Source: an uncultured Fibrobacterales bacterium (GTDB taxonomy: Bacteria; Fibrobacterota; Fibrobacteria; Fibrobacterales; CAWVXU01). Taken from it: DNA of 37,331 bases. Positions 1 to 10,001 of the stretch are shown piece by piece (positions within the stretch are counted from its first letter, which is position 1; each line of letters opens with the position of its first letter). Under the pieces are notes generated by a model that did no database searches, had not been told where the DNA came from, and was given only the letters and a program-made list of their open reading frames with translations. Position numbers and translations under genes: made by a program. The DNA lies in assembly GCA_963934255.1 (NCBI GenBank), contig CAWVXU010000018.1, positions 1 to 37,331 of the forward strand, written 5' to 3'.

Positions 1-2
1 CT

Positions 3-1151
3 ATGAGTAAATCCACCAAAAGCACCCTGCCCGTTACCCTAATATTGACTGCACTAATCCTAGCTGGGTTGGGTGTTTATTTTTTGACATCCAAATCAAT
101 CATCCAACAGATTGATCTTAAGAATGCTAAGGTAAGGGCTTACAGTGATCTTGATGAATTGTTGGCCAAAGATTCACTGGCCAATGACAGTCTGAAAAGT
201 CTCTATAGTCAAGCCTATACAATAACATCCCCTCATTTACTCTCATATCACACCTTGATCCGCCAACACCATGCTTGGCCATACGTTGGACTCAATGCTT
301 TCTTGGGAGATAGCCTGACAGGTGAAAATTGTCAGAGTTGGAGTAATTTTAAGTATTTAGACATTAAAATGGAAAGCACCAACTCTGAAGGGTTATACAT
401 CAATCTTTATTCTCGAGTACCAGAGAAACTTCGCCACTACCCTCAAGAGTACTTACGAATGTTGCAATTACCGACATCAATATTAACCACTCCTGATTCA
501 TACAAACTAGAACTATCCAAATTCTCTACCCCGCTTTGGTGGAAAAAGGCTCGTAAAATTCCTCTGTTGGATAATGAAAACCACTTAGAATATATATGCT
601 CCATCTCTGTATCACAATCGGTTAATTTTAGAAAAAGACCCGGAGCCGACACTCTCAATATCTATGAAATTAAACTCATCGGAGAGAGCCCACCTCAATT
701 TGCAATTGGCATCTCATTACTCAGTCTAGCACTACTGTCTCTCATTCTGCCAATTTTAAAACCCCGTTCCTTTGGAGTGATACAGTCATCAAGTGCACAA
801 CCTATTGAAATCATCAATCACGATGACTCCCTCAAAGAAAAAATCCAATCCTATTATGAATTTAATTACATGAAACAAGAAGATTCGGCAGCGCACTTTG
901 CTGGAGAAATTGGTCTGCACCCTAAGAAGCTTCAGGAAATTTTACGAAGTGATTTTAAGACCACTCACAAAGCTTGGCTCAATCATCTTAGGATTCAAGA
1001 AGCAAGTCGTCTTTTAATTCAAAGTGATTCCAATATTTCAGAAATAGCGGACATAGTAGGATTTCGAACCACCACACATTTCAATAGAGTATTCAAAGAG
1101 AAAACATCGTTTTCACCTGGAGACTATCGTAGCCAAAAAAGAGTTACATAG
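3..1151 (+). CDS. Membrane-spanning AraC-family transcriptional regulator (TM - extracytoplasmic CBM11/CIA30-like sensor - TM - AraC HTH)
   Basis: C-terminal AraC signature (WLNHLRIQEASRLL...ISEIADIVGFRTTTHFNRVFKEKTSFSPGDYR); hydrophobic segments at about aa 9-28 and aa 233-252; upstream context is outside the window. Confidence 0.88.
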   Translation: MSKSTKSTLPVTLILTALILAGLGVYFLTSKSIIQQIDLKNAKVRAYSDLDELLAKDSLANDSLKSLYSQAYTITSPHLLSYHTLIRQHHAWPYVGLNAFLGDSLTGENCQSWSNFKYLDIKMESTNSEGLYINLYSRVPEKLRHYPQEYLRMLQLPTSILTTPDSYKLELSKFSTPLWWKKARKIPLLDNENHLEYICSISVSQSVNFRKRPGADTLNIYEIKLIGESPPQFAIGISLLSLALLSLILPILKPRSFGVIQSSSAQPIEIINHDDSLKEKIQSYYEFNYMKQEDSAAHFAGEIGLHPKKLQEILRSDFKTTHKAWLNHLRIQEASRLLIQSDSNISEIADIVGFRTTTHFNRVFKEKTSFSPGDYRSQKRVT

Positions 1152-1184
1152 GGCTCAATGGAATATCAAATGCCCGAGCCCTAT
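1148..1184. terminator. Inverted repeat between convergent genes, possible terminator
   Basis: ATAGGGCTC (1148-1156) / GAGCCCTAT (1176-1184); large loop and no clear U tract. Confidence 0.35.
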
Positions 1185-1226
1185 TATGTCAAGGATCCAT
1201 TATGCGGCTGGGGTTATTGAGTAAAT

Positions 1227-1793
1227 TTAGTCCGCTTGAGTCTGTTTGAGTGCTTCTAATTCTTCAGTTATTTCTATTAATTTTTGTTGGTCTTGTAGAA
1301 GTAAAGCTTCAATGTCTATGGATTTAAAATATGCCTTATCTTTTTTCAATAAATGAAAACTCATTAAACCCAATGCAGTCCCCCATGGCGGAATCCCTAT
1401 ATTGAACCAAGCCACCCAACGGATATACTTTATTTCTTTGCGTGATTTTCTCGATCCTGATTTTCTAATCAAATACACCGCAACAAAATTTACGCCGCTC
1501 GTTAAAAGAATCAAAATTATACTTACCCACTTCAGAGTTGCATTCTCACCAAATAACCAGAGGAAGTCTGTTCCATAAACTCCCATGACTAACTCTTTTA
1601 TCTCAGGGTTTTCCAATACTAGGCGTACCTTCTTTAAAACGAAAAAAGTTAATGGTAAATACATCAGGTTAAACAGACCAAAACCTAGATGGAAAAAAGG
1701 GATAAACTCCCAATAGGTACTTTGAGGAGTCTTCTCTTTATTGATAAATTTTTCAAAATCAGAATTATTTACTGGCTGTGGATTTTCAATCAT
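1227..1793 (-). CDS. Hypothetical membrane protein
   Basis: 188 aa, about 3 hydrophobic segments including IPPWGTALG; start overlaps the stop of the M48 gene (translational coupling). Confidence 0.75.
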   Translation of the reverse strand: MIENPQPVNNSDFEKFINKEKTPQSTYWEFIPFFHLGFGLFNLMYLPLTFFVLKKVRLVLENPEIKELVMGVYGTDFLWLFGENATLKWVSIILILLTSGVNFVAVYLIRKSGSRKSRKEIKYIRWVAWFNIGIPPWGTALGLMSFHLLKKDKAYFKSIDIEALLLQDQQKLIEITEELEALKQTQAD

Positions 1794-3073
1794 TATTTAA
1801 ACTCAAATAAATCTTTCCAATTGAAGGGTTTAGATTCGGGACAAGTCATCTTTAAATTATCCCAGTGGATATCATTTAGGAATAACGATTTTTGAAGAGC
1901 TTGTTCACTTAACTTGAACTCACCATTTTGCTCTTGCTTTTTAATTGCTGAATCAAACCTTTGTATTCGATCTTGATGACTTGGGTGAGTTGAAACATAA
2001 GAAGCCCATGTTGACATAGGGCTTTCTTTGGATTCTTCTTTAGGGTTTTCTCCACTAGACTCATGGCCATGTGACATTCTCATAAAAAAATCTTTCATGC
2101 CACTCACACTTAAACCCACTCGTTGAAGCCTCTCTACAGCTTTGGCATCTGCCTCAACTTCAAATTCTCTAGAGAACTTCATCAAAACAACACCAGTTAA
2201 AATTTCGGTAAACACTTCACCCATTTCAAGAATTTCAACTCCTTCAAATAAAGTACCAAAAATCAAACTGGACAATAGAATTGTGCCCGTGGACTTCTGT
2301 AGATTTTGAACCGAGTGACGATTTTCTACGTGAGCAATTTCATGAGCCAAAACACCTAAAACTTCTTCTGGTGAATTACTCTTTTCAATCAGCCCCTTAA
2401 AGACATAAACATTTCCACCAGGGAGTGCCATTGCATTCACAAGGTGATCATTTACCAAATGAATTTTTATAGGAAAATAATCATCCTGTTTTTGCAACAA
2501 ATCTTCAGACTTTTCAAAAAACCTGACTAATTCTGGTGATTCACATTTGGGTAATTTGGAGAAGAATTCGGAATGAGCTTGATCACCTAAATAATGATCA
2601 TAACTTCTTGGAGTAATATGGTGAAGGTAATTCAACCCTTGAATATAAAGCACAAACGTGAGTGCAGCGACAGCAACTAAGCTCATCCAAAATTTAGGCC
2701 CCTGCATGAAATTCTTCAACCCACCAAAACGCGTATGCTCAGATTGATACTTTCTCCACAATTGGAGAAAAATTCGTTGTTCCACAGGTATATGTATGAT
2801 AAATATTTGGGCCGAAACTGCACTATTTTTCGTTTTGAGTTCAATTCTAAGGCCAGTGGCTGTTTCTTCAATTTCACCAATATTAGCCAAGGGGATTTCA
2901 CCTTTGACTTTAATTTTACTTGTCGAATCAGAAATATCCACATAGTGAAATGTGGATATACTCAATATCTGGCTATCCACTTTAGGTAAAGTCAATTCAA
3001 CAAAGAAAGGTTCTGATTGAAGCCCATCAAAATACTGAGCTTTTATTTTTGAAAGTGAGGTGTTTTGATTCAT
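1793..3073 (-). CDS. M48-family zinc metallopeptidase
   Basis: VNAMALPGG, HEIAH (HExxH), FSREFEVEAD and STHP motifs; one TM; follows a DUF898 gene, a known pairing. Confidence 0.92.
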   Translation of the reverse strand: MNQNTSLSKIKAQYFDGLQSEPFFVELTLPKVDSQILSISTFHYVDISDSTSKIKVKGEIPLANIGEIEETATGLRIELKTKNSAVSAQIFIIHIPVEQRIFLQLWRKYQSEHTRFGGLKNFMQGPKFWMSLVAVAALTFVLYIQGLNYLHHITPRSYDHYLGDQAHSEFFSKLPKCESPELVRFFEKSEDLLQKQDDYFPIKIHLVNDHLVNAMALPGGNVYVFKGLIEKSNSPEEVLGVLAHEIAHVENRHSVQNLQKSTGTILLSSLIFGTLFEGVEILEMGEVFTEILTGVVLMKFSREFEVEADAKAVERLQRVGLSVSGMKDFFMRMSHGHESSGENPKEESKESPMSTWASYVSTHPSHQDRIQRFDSAIKKQEQNGEFKLSEQALQKSLFLNDIHWDNLKMTCPESKPFNWKDLFEFK

Positions 3074-3081
3074 ATCAAACC

Positions 3082-4275
3082 TTAAAACAGCCCACCCATA
3101 GCATCGGCGATCTCACCAGCATCAGTAATTCCATCAGCAAGAGCTGAGGCACCAGTATCTTTAATATTTTCAATATACTGAATATCTTCCGCTCGAGCAT
3201 TTATACTTAATTTTTCAAAGAAAAGGCGCAGCCCCATAGTCATTGCAAATGGTAATAAAATACCAAAACTAAATATCATCGCAAGATAAACCATCCACAT
3301 ATCTTTACCAGAGAATGCCGAATTGAAACGACTTGTCCCCAAAGAACTATGATTGGTGTTATATCGAATCAACGCTGCAATTAAAACTGGGCCATATAAA
3401 CCCAAAGTCACAATGGAAAGTAAAATACCTTTTAGATAGATTTTAAATAGCTCAGTGCCATCGCCGTCATAAGAAAAGCCTTTGTTGCCAACCCAAGAAT
3501 TACCCGTCATATATCTATTCATTTCGACGAGGTACCATGGTGTATAGATACCTAGAGTAACAAAAGTTAAAACCATTCCTTTTACAGAAATTTTTAAAAG
3601 TTCCTCATAGTCTCCAGTGAATCGTAAACGGACATTACTCCAACTTGAGCGGCTAAGTAAAAACTTTCGGCTAGCAATTTTCATCCAAGGCGTCGCAAAT
3701 AAAATTGTTGCAAAAATAATGATGAATATCGCAATAGCGCCACCGGAATTCCCCAATATTTTTATTAAAACCTGACTAGCAATCTGGATAAATCCAAAAA
3801 ATACACTCACGATAACAGACCCAATAGCAAAACCTATGAATTTCTCTTTACCCGTTGCGTGGAAAGAAAATGATCGGCCCATGACACTTGTCGCATTGTA
3901 AATGTATTTCTGAACAGCTACTTTAGCCCAAAAGCCGTAGATACCCATCGTCACCATCGTCAGAAGTATATTTTTGATATATAATCCAAAAAACTCCCAA
4001 CCTGCACCAGAATAGTTAAAATGCAAAATTTGGTTTTGAAAGCCTGACTTAACACCTTCAGAATCTCCAGGTCTATTAATAACAGGAGGCTCACTGCCAA
4101 AAGCCGCTAGCTCGTCAGATGATTGTGCTTTAATAAATGTCGGTGCCGTAGAGCTTACGCCTGAACTCATTGGTCTTAAAATGGGCCCTTCTTCTGAAAG
4201 ACGCTCACGTTCACTATCACTAATTTGTGGGTGTTTTGGTGTGAAAATAGAATTATCTGGATTTGAATTGGTCAT
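3082..4275 (-). CDS. yjgN: YjgN/DUF898-family inner membrane protein
   Basis: Repeated modules (FNYSGAGWEFFGLYIKNILLTMVTMGIYGFWAKV; FTGDYEEL..LTFVTLGIYTPW; YDGDGTELF..LSIVTLGLYGP). Confidence 0.88.
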   Translation of the reverse strand: MTNSNPDNSIFTPKHPQISDSERERLSEEGPILRPMSSGVSSTAPTFIKAQSSDELAAFGSEPPVINRPGDSEGVKSGFQNQILHFNYSGAGWEFFGLYIKNILLTMVTMGIYGFWAKVAVQKYIYNATSVMGRSFSFHATGKEKFIGFAIGSVIVSVFFGFIQIASQVLIKILGNSGGAIAIFIIIFATILFATPWMKIASRKFLLSRSSWSNVRLRFTGDYEELLKISVKGMVLTFVTLGIYTPWYLVEMNRYMTGNSWVGNKGFSYDGDGTELFKIYLKGILLSIVTLGLYGPVLIAALIRYNTNHSSLGTSRFNSAFSGKDMWMVYLAMIFSFGILLPFAMTMGLRLFFEKLSINARAEDIQYIENIKDTGASALADGITDAGEIADAMGGLF

Positions 4276-4387
4276 ACTATACCCTTATATTATCAGTATA
4301 TTAGCACATATAAGGAGAGTATACCACTCATTTTTATCCTCTAATACAAATATTTTGGCTCCGTTTATTTTGTCACTTCATCAAATA

Positions 4388-5101
4388 TTAGCCACAGCAC
4401 TTTTTAAATTTTTTGCCACTCCCACATGTACATGGGTCATTTCGACCAACTTTAACTTCAGTATTGACGATGGGTGTTTTTTTCTGAGGAAATAAGACTT
4501 CAGATAAGCTTTCAAGATGGACAATAATATCGCCCTCAGTTCCTTTAATCTGTTCCATGAAGAATTCATCCCAATTATCCCTCTTGTCTTGATCAATCTT
4601 CACGCCAAAGACTTCTTCATATCCTTCAGATGTGGCAATCATTGCTGGCAGAGCTAATTCATGATAATGAGGTTGAGCTTTCTCTGGTAACTCATCAAAG
4701 TCCTCCCAAAGTAAAGAACCTTTAAGAAATCCACTCGACCAGGGTGCTACATATATAAATGGGGCACCATTTCGTTCAATCTCCGGTAGCATGGGATTAT
4801 ATTCTACTTCTCCATTGCGAGCAGCATAGACTTCATAGAACCAATGAAGGACTAGTTGAGTAAACTTTTCTTCTTCCTCTTCAGACTCCCAAGTAGGTCC
4901 CTTTTCATCTTCAAATATAAAAGGAATCCACAATCGAGGTTCAAGATCAATTCGGCTCAAGACAATCGCAGTAATATATCCATCAAGGTCAAAAGCCGTT
5001 GTAATTGAATCTTCACAAGCATGTTTTTCGAGGGTTTTTTCTATCCATTCGTAGTCTTTACTTTGGAGAGTCTCAATTTTTACTCTTATTTTATCCGACA
5101 T
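4388..5101 (-). CDS. yecA: YecA/UPF0149-family protein with C-terminal SEC-C metal-binding motif
   Basis: [22 protein letters not shown]-terminus [20 protein letters not shown]. Confidence 0.85.
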   Translation of the reverse strand: MSDKIRVKIETLQSKDYEWIEKTLEKHACEDSITTAFDLDGYITAIVLSRIDLEPRLWIPFIFEDEKGPTWESEEEEEKFTQLVLHWFYEVYAARNGEVEYNPMLPEIERNGAPFIYVAPWSSGFLKGSLLWEDFDELPEKAQPHYHELALPAMIATSEGYEEVFGVKIDQDKRDNWDEFFMEQIKGTEGDIIVHLESLSEVLFPQKKTPIVNTEVKVGRNDPCTCGSGKKFKKCCG

Positions 5102-5208
5102 TTCGTCCCTTTTAACTCAAAAAAATCTCTCAGCTTTAAATCTAGAGAAATGAATGAAAATTTCACTATTTACTCCTAAATAAAAACGCAATAGTTGACT
5201 TCTTTTTG

Positions 5209-5214
5209 TATAAT
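5209..5214 (+). promoter_or_regulatory. Candidate -10 element for the RRM gene, implying a leader of about 100 nt
   Basis: Perfect TATAAT; no well-spaced -35 (TTGACT lies only 8 nt upstream). Confidence 0.35.
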
Positions 5215-5322
5215 TGGCTTCAGATTGGCCAAGGCTTTTCTTTTCCAAATACCTTTGACGAAAATTTGTGCGACTTCTTTCTTTGGTTATTTACATTTTG
5301 CGCACATAAGAGAGAATTCTAT

Positions 5323-5628
5323 ATGAATTTATACATTGGTAACCTAGCATACGGCATCACTTCTGATGACCTAAAAGATATCTTCACTGAATGTGGCGAA
5401 GTATCAAAAGCTGTAGTAATTAACGATCGCGAAACTGGACGTTCAAAAGGCTTTGGCTTTGTTGAATATTCTAACGCAGAAGACGGTCAAAAAGCAATCG
5501 AAATGCTTAACGAATACGAAGTAGCGGGCAGACCTCTACGCGTTTCTGAAGCAAAACCTCGTGAAGAGAAACCTCGTGGTTCTTACGGTGGTGGCGGCGG
5601 CGGACGTGGCGGAAACAACCGTTACTAA
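5323..5628 (+). CDS. RRM-domain RNA-binding protein with Gly-rich tail
   Basis: RNP2 LYIGNL, RNP1 KGFGFVEY, GGGGGGRGG tail; true start probably ATG 5323 (MNLYIGNL), not 5206. Confidence 0.95.
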   Translation: MNLYIGNLAYGITSDDLKDIFTECGEVSKAVVINDRETGRSKGFGFVEYSNAEDGQKAIEMLNEYEVAGRPLRVSEAKPREEKPRGSYGGGGGGRGGNNRY

Positions 5629-5664
5629 ATCGACACCTTCGATTACTTAATCTATTTAAGTTTT

Positions 5665-5701
5665 AAAAGCCTCTTGAGTTTACTCCCAGGAGGCTTTTTT
5701 T
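5665..5701 (+). terminator. Intrinsic terminator
   Basis: AAAAGCCTC...GAGGCTTTT stem followed by a T run. Confidence 0.85.
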
Positions 5702-5946
5702 GTTTTTAACAGGATTTTCACAACAAAAAGTCTTTCAATTTTAAAACTAAGGCGTTTTTCACTTATCATTTCTGACTTTTTTATTCCAATAAAAGCCTTA
5801 AATTAATTCATTTTTGCCAATTTCCTTAATAAATACGGAATTTAACTGTTTTGCCTATAATTTTTACCACTTTCGCCTCACTCTCTCAGCACAAATTAAT
5901 TGAAATTCTGAGATAAGATTGTTAAACTAAGTCAAGAGGTGCCCCC

Positions 5947-7947
5947 ATGAAAAAATTAATACTATTCTTATTTCTAACCACCATTGTCTGCTTGGTACAA
6001 GCGGCCCCCATATACACATGGGTGCCCTGGTATGGAATAACTGGTAGCAAAACGGTACTCAATAATACCTATAACAATGTCCTCGTGAGTGATGTCATCT
6101 CAACAACAGCTCTTCAGTTTTGGAACATTCGTTCAGATGGGACTATTCATAATTTTAATGTATCCGATCTAAAGATTCGGGAAATGGTGGATTTTGTCAA
6201 ATCCAAAAATATGAAGGTCGGCATGGCTATCACGAATATTGGGACAGAAGAAACCGGTTATGAATCATTTGATTGGACTATAGTCCGACCGGCAGCATAC
6301 GGACCACATCAAGCGTTTTTTATAACGAATATTTTAAACATAGTTGACTCATTAGATATCGATGATGTCAATCTTGATCTTGAAGGTGAAAACCAACAAG
6401 GCGGGCCTTGGACCCAAGATGACATAGACGGATATGCAGGATTTGTTGGGCTGCTAGCTGACTCTCTTCACGTAAGAAGCAAGACACTTTCCATCGCTAC
6501 CTACTCAACCAACACTTATGGAGCACCTAACCCATCTTGGTGGCAGTCTTGGAATGGTAAAGTCGATCAAATCCATACAATGGGCTATCAAAATTCCTTT
6601 TGGTCTGCACCAGGGATTAATGGATACGCCAATAAGCAAGCTTTTGCTGATTCTGTAGGTTATACCGGCGAAGAAGTCCTTCTTGGGATGCCGATGTGGA
6701 TTGACAACTGGGGAGGAGCATCTGAAAACAATGTTGGTATTTCTAACGTAGATAATCTCCATTATATTAAAAACTGTCTCCCAACTAACCAAGGGGTTAC
6801 TTTATGGGACATCCACCACCCAGCAGGTCGCTTTAACAACCAAGGCGACCTGTTGTGGAGCGCTGATTCAGTTTGGGCTTTGCTTCAACAAATCGCCACC
6901 GATACACCTCAAGACTCCACTAATTGCCCGAATACAGACAAACCTTCATGGCTAATAGATGACTTTTCAGAAATCGGTCAAAACTTTGAAGGTGGCTTAG
7001 TTGCAGCAGATTCAGACTTTTGGGGCCACCTCCCAGTAAATCGAGCAGATAGTGCCACACTCGTTTATAATCTTGAAAAAAATTATGACATGGTCGCTCA
7101 AATGGGTAGCTGGGGAGATATAGGCTACGGTTATCGCCAAGTCGACCCTACAGGTATAAATAACATTCTCCATTTCAATGTATCAACTCGCGCCACAGAT
7201 AAAGGTGAGTCAGCTTATGGCGGAATCCTATTTAATACTCTCCCTATAGACCCGTCACAGGACCCTAGTGCTAGTGCTTGGGAATTAGGCAAAGTGGGTG
7301 TGGATAGAGACTTTTCTGCTTCTAAAGAAATCGTCATTGGGGCTCGTTGTAAAAAGGATGAAATCATCCACATTGGCTTTGAATCCAAAGCGGACTTAAT
7401 AGAAGGTAACCACGGTGCTTGGCGTAAAGCGTTTACTTGTACAGGTAACTGGGAAGACTACCGTGTCGACTGGACGGAGCTTGTTGAGCCATCATGGGGT
7501 GAGACTGAATTAGTCTTTAGTTCAGCTGAAGTATTAAGAATAAGCGTCCTATGGATTAATGACATTCACCCTGGGGAGCTAAATATCGCTCTTGCAGGTA
7601 TCGCCCTTGATTCAAGTGTGATTGATTATAGACAAGCCGATCTGGATGCTTATAAAGCCAATATCAAGATCACTTCATCAATTGATGCATCACAATTTGA
7701 ATTGCAAAACCAAGTTGAGCTACAAACCACTTCTCAAGGTTGGAGCCTCACGGGGCTATCATCAAATATTGATCATTCAGAGCTCTCAGCTTATAATCTC
7801 CGAGGTGAATTAGTTGAAACTGTGAGTATTGATTCCAAAAGCCAAACTTCAGGGTTTTGGCTGAATAATCTTCAAAACCAAAATTATATATTCCAACTTT
7901 CATACAATGGAAGAGTTCTTTGGAGAGATATACAGCTTGTGAATTAA
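5947..7947 (+). CDS. Secreted GH18-like glycoside hydrolase with CBM11/CIA30-like domain and T9SS-like C-terminal sorting domain
   Basis: Signal peptide (LVQA|A); DIDDVNLDLE resembles the GH18 DxxDxDxE motif; DQIHTMGY and VLLGMP strands; C-terminus LSAYNLRGELV...NYIFQL resembles a T9SS type A CTD; RBS GAGGT. Confidence 0.7.
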   Translation: MKKLILFLFLTTIVCLVQAAPIYTWVPWYGITGSKTVLNNTYNNVLVSDVISTTALQFWNIRSDGTIHNFNVSDLKIREMVDFVKSKNMKVGMAITNIGTEETGYESFDWTIVRPAAYGPHQAFFITNILNIVDSLDIDDVNLDLEGENQQGGPWTQDDIDGYAGFVGLLADSLHVRSKTLSIATYSTNTYGAPNPSWWQSWNGKVDQIHTMGYQNSFWSAPGINGYANKQAFADSVGYTGEEVLLGMPMWIDNWGGASENNVGISNVDNLHYIKNCLPTNQGVTLWDIHHPAGRFNNQGDLLWSADSVWALLQQIATDTPQDSTNCPNTDKPSWLIDDFSEIGQNFEGGLVAADSDFWGHLPVNRADSATLVYNLEKNYDMVAQMGSWGDIGYGYRQVDPTGINNILHFNVSTRATDKGESAYGGILFNTLPIDPSQDPSASAWELGKVGVDRDFSASKEIVIGARCKKDEIIHIGFESKADLIEGNHGAWRKAFTCTGNWEDYRVDWTELVEPSWGETELVFSSAEVLRISVLWINDIHPGELNIALAGIALDSSVIDYRQADLDAYKANIKITSSIDASQFELQNQVELQTTSQGWSLTGLSSNIDHSELSAYNLRGELVETVSIDSKSQTSGFWLNNLQNQNYIFQLSYNGRVLWRDIQLVN

Positions 7948-7952
7948 GAATA

Positions 7953-8025
7953 TAAAAGATTGTGAGCAGACTCACTTCTTTTAAAATATTGGCTCTTGAG
8001 TGCATCTCAAGAGCCATTTTTTTTT
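7953..8025 (+). terminator. Tandem hairpins; the second is a strong intrinsic terminator
   Basis: GTGAG-CAGA-CTCAC hairpin, then TGGCTCTTGAG-TGCAT-CTCAAGAGCCA (7990-8016) plus T9. Confidence 0.9.
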
Positions 8026-8046
8026 GTCTTTATGTACATTTTTACT

Positions 8047-8829
8047 ATGAAAAATTTACACCAAATTATGTTCGGGGGTATTGTATTACTCCTTATTTCG
8101 ACGAGTCATGTGCTTGCTCAAAACGCAAAAACGAGTATTGCGATTTATCCATTTGAATTAAGTAACCTCAGTGCCGCAAAAGCCGGGATTTACACAGGAC
8201 AACTCAGGTCCCTTTTGGTTGAATCCAATCATTTCAACATCATTGAACGCAGCAGAATGAACCTCGTCCTTCAAGAGCAGGGTTTTACTCAATCAGGCTC
8301 CACGCAAGAAGCTATTGAACTCGGTAAGATTTTAAATGTTGAGTATATTCTCACAGGAAATTTTGCACTTAATAGCGGACGTACCTATGCGACTGCTGAG
8401 CTCATTAATACCAAAACATCACAGGTTGAACGCTCTGCTCGAATCCAAAGTGAAGAGGGTGATCACGACTTCATTAACAATCAACTTCCCATCCTAGTTC
8501 GCAAAATTGAAAACCCCGGCTTTCAACCCACCCTATCTAAAACCAAATCACTTGCCTGGATTTTATCGGGTGGTGCGTTTTTAAGTGGTGGACTCGGAAT
8601 GTATTTTGAATCTCAAGCCCAAAGCTCACTTTTGGACTTCGAAAAGCAACCTAGTTACCAAAAGCTGAGTGAACTAGACGACTATCAAAATTATAGAGAC
8701 ATTTCTTATTACACTGCAGCTGCAATTGCGACATCAGCACTGGTCTTATGGTTTTGGCCAGAAGCTGAAGATAACAATATCAGCATTATACCTTCACCTC
8801 AAAGCCTCACTCTCACAGGGAGATTCTAA
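8047..8829 (+). CDS. Exported CsgG/LpoB/FlgO-like domain protein with hydrophobic C-terminal region
   Basis: Signal peptide (HVLA|Q); FNIIERSRMNLVLQEQ..AIELGKILNVEYILTG; ends in a beta-strand-like LTLTGRF; start probably 8047. Confidence 0.75.
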   Translation: MKNLHQIMFGGIVLLLISTSHVLAQNAKTSIAIYPFELSNLSAAKAGIYTGQLRSLLVESNHFNIIERSRMNLVLQEQGFTQSGSTQEAIELGKILNVEYILTGNFALNSGRTYATAELINTKTSQVERSARIQSEEGDHDFINNQLPILVRKIENPGFQPTLSKTKSLAWILSGGAFLSGGLGMYFESQAQSSLLDFEKQPSYQKLSELDDYQNYRDISYYTAAAIATSALVLWFWPEAEDNNISIIPSPQSLTLTGRF

Positions 8830-9803
8830 TGTTCATTTTCTCCACCCTAAGCTTGCTCGCTCTGACTCTTATGAGTTGCTCTGACCATGTAACAGAGGCA
8901 GAAGATATTTTAACAGCGTACCAAACAATTGAAAAAATCAAATCCAACGCTCAATTAACCACACAATTAAAATTTTCATCTGAAACCTTAGGCTCCAAAC
9001 TAGATGAAATTGAACTCTCACTCAGCTCGACTCAAGGTGACCTAAATCAGAATACTTTCATCGCCCAATTTTGGCATGAAAAGGGTAATGAACTCGAGTT
9101 GATTAAACAAGAAACATTCGTAAAAGATCCAGTTGCATCTTCGAAACTCACGCTTAGCATAACTCACGAGGGCGGCCTGAGTGACACAAGCTTAATTAAC
9201 TATATAGATGCCATAAGTATCCAAGTCAAAGGCAATCAAGATTCATTTTTTGCTACTAAAATTCCACGAAGCCTAATGGAACAAAATTATCAAATCTTCC
9301 AAACAGCCAAAGACCAATATACGGATAATAACAAATCAATCCTCAGCTCAATCGTCCATGTTCTTAAACAATCCTCTCAACACCTCAATTTAGCCAACGC
9401 TGGAAATCATGAAAAACATCTCCGCCATGTGGCTCAATCTCTGTTCGGACGAAAAGGGCGAAATCCTCAATGGGCTGATGATGCCCCGATTAATAACGTA
9501 GATACATCCTCGGTTACTACAAAACTTAATTTCTTAAAATCATACCTCGTGGCTCAAGCTCAATGGAACGATAATGATGCCCAAGTGCACTTCACCGAGC
9601 TGTCTCTGGAAATTGCAAATTTTAATGAGTCATTATCTATAGAAATGGACCAACTTGAAGATTCATTTGACCTAGAGTCTGATCAAGCTAGTATACAAAC
9701 AAACAAACTATTACTACTGATTGACCCTTTCATCCCCAAATTTGAATATCTAATTGAGAACGTGAATGGAAAATTGGTTAAAACTACCAGTCAAGGGCAA
9801 TAA
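8829..9803 (+). CDS. Hypothetical lipoprotein
   Basis: Hydrophobic N-terminus with lipobox LMSC; start overlaps the upstream stop (TAATG). Confidence 0.72.
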   Translation: MFIFSTLSLLALTLMSCSDHVTEAEDILTAYQTIEKIKSNAQLTTQLKFSSETLGSKLDEIELSLSSTQGDLNQNTFIAQFWHEKGNELELIKQETFVKDPVASSKLTLSITHEGGLSDTSLINYIDAISIQVKGNQDSFFATKIPRSLMEQNYQIFQTAKDQYTDNNKSILSSIVHVLKQSSQHLNLANAGNHEKHLRHVAQSLFGRKGRNPQWADDAPINNVDTSSVTTKLNFLKSYLVAQAQWNDNDAQVHFTELSLEIANFNESLSIEMDQLEDSFDLESDQASIQTNKLLLLIDPFIPKFEYLIENVNGKLVKTTSQGQ

Positions 9804-10001
9804 AACTAAGCGGCGTGTCAAGTGAACAAAAGAAAACAACATCAATAGGTGTCCAACTCAGATTAGTCAAAGCAACTGATGTTTCTTTTATACCAGCCAC
9901 AGATCAAGGCAAAAGCAAAACGACAGGAAAAGGTTTATGGATTGAAAGTATTCGACAATCCCCTATTCTTAATTTGCCGAGATCATTTTAAGGAGAAACA
10001 A

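Noticed and set aside
9902..9984. GGCAAA...TTGCCGA, resembling c-di-GMP-I riboswitch termini
   Set aside because: The central GACGCAAAGC and GNRA/receptor architecture are absent; kept only as a generic structured leader
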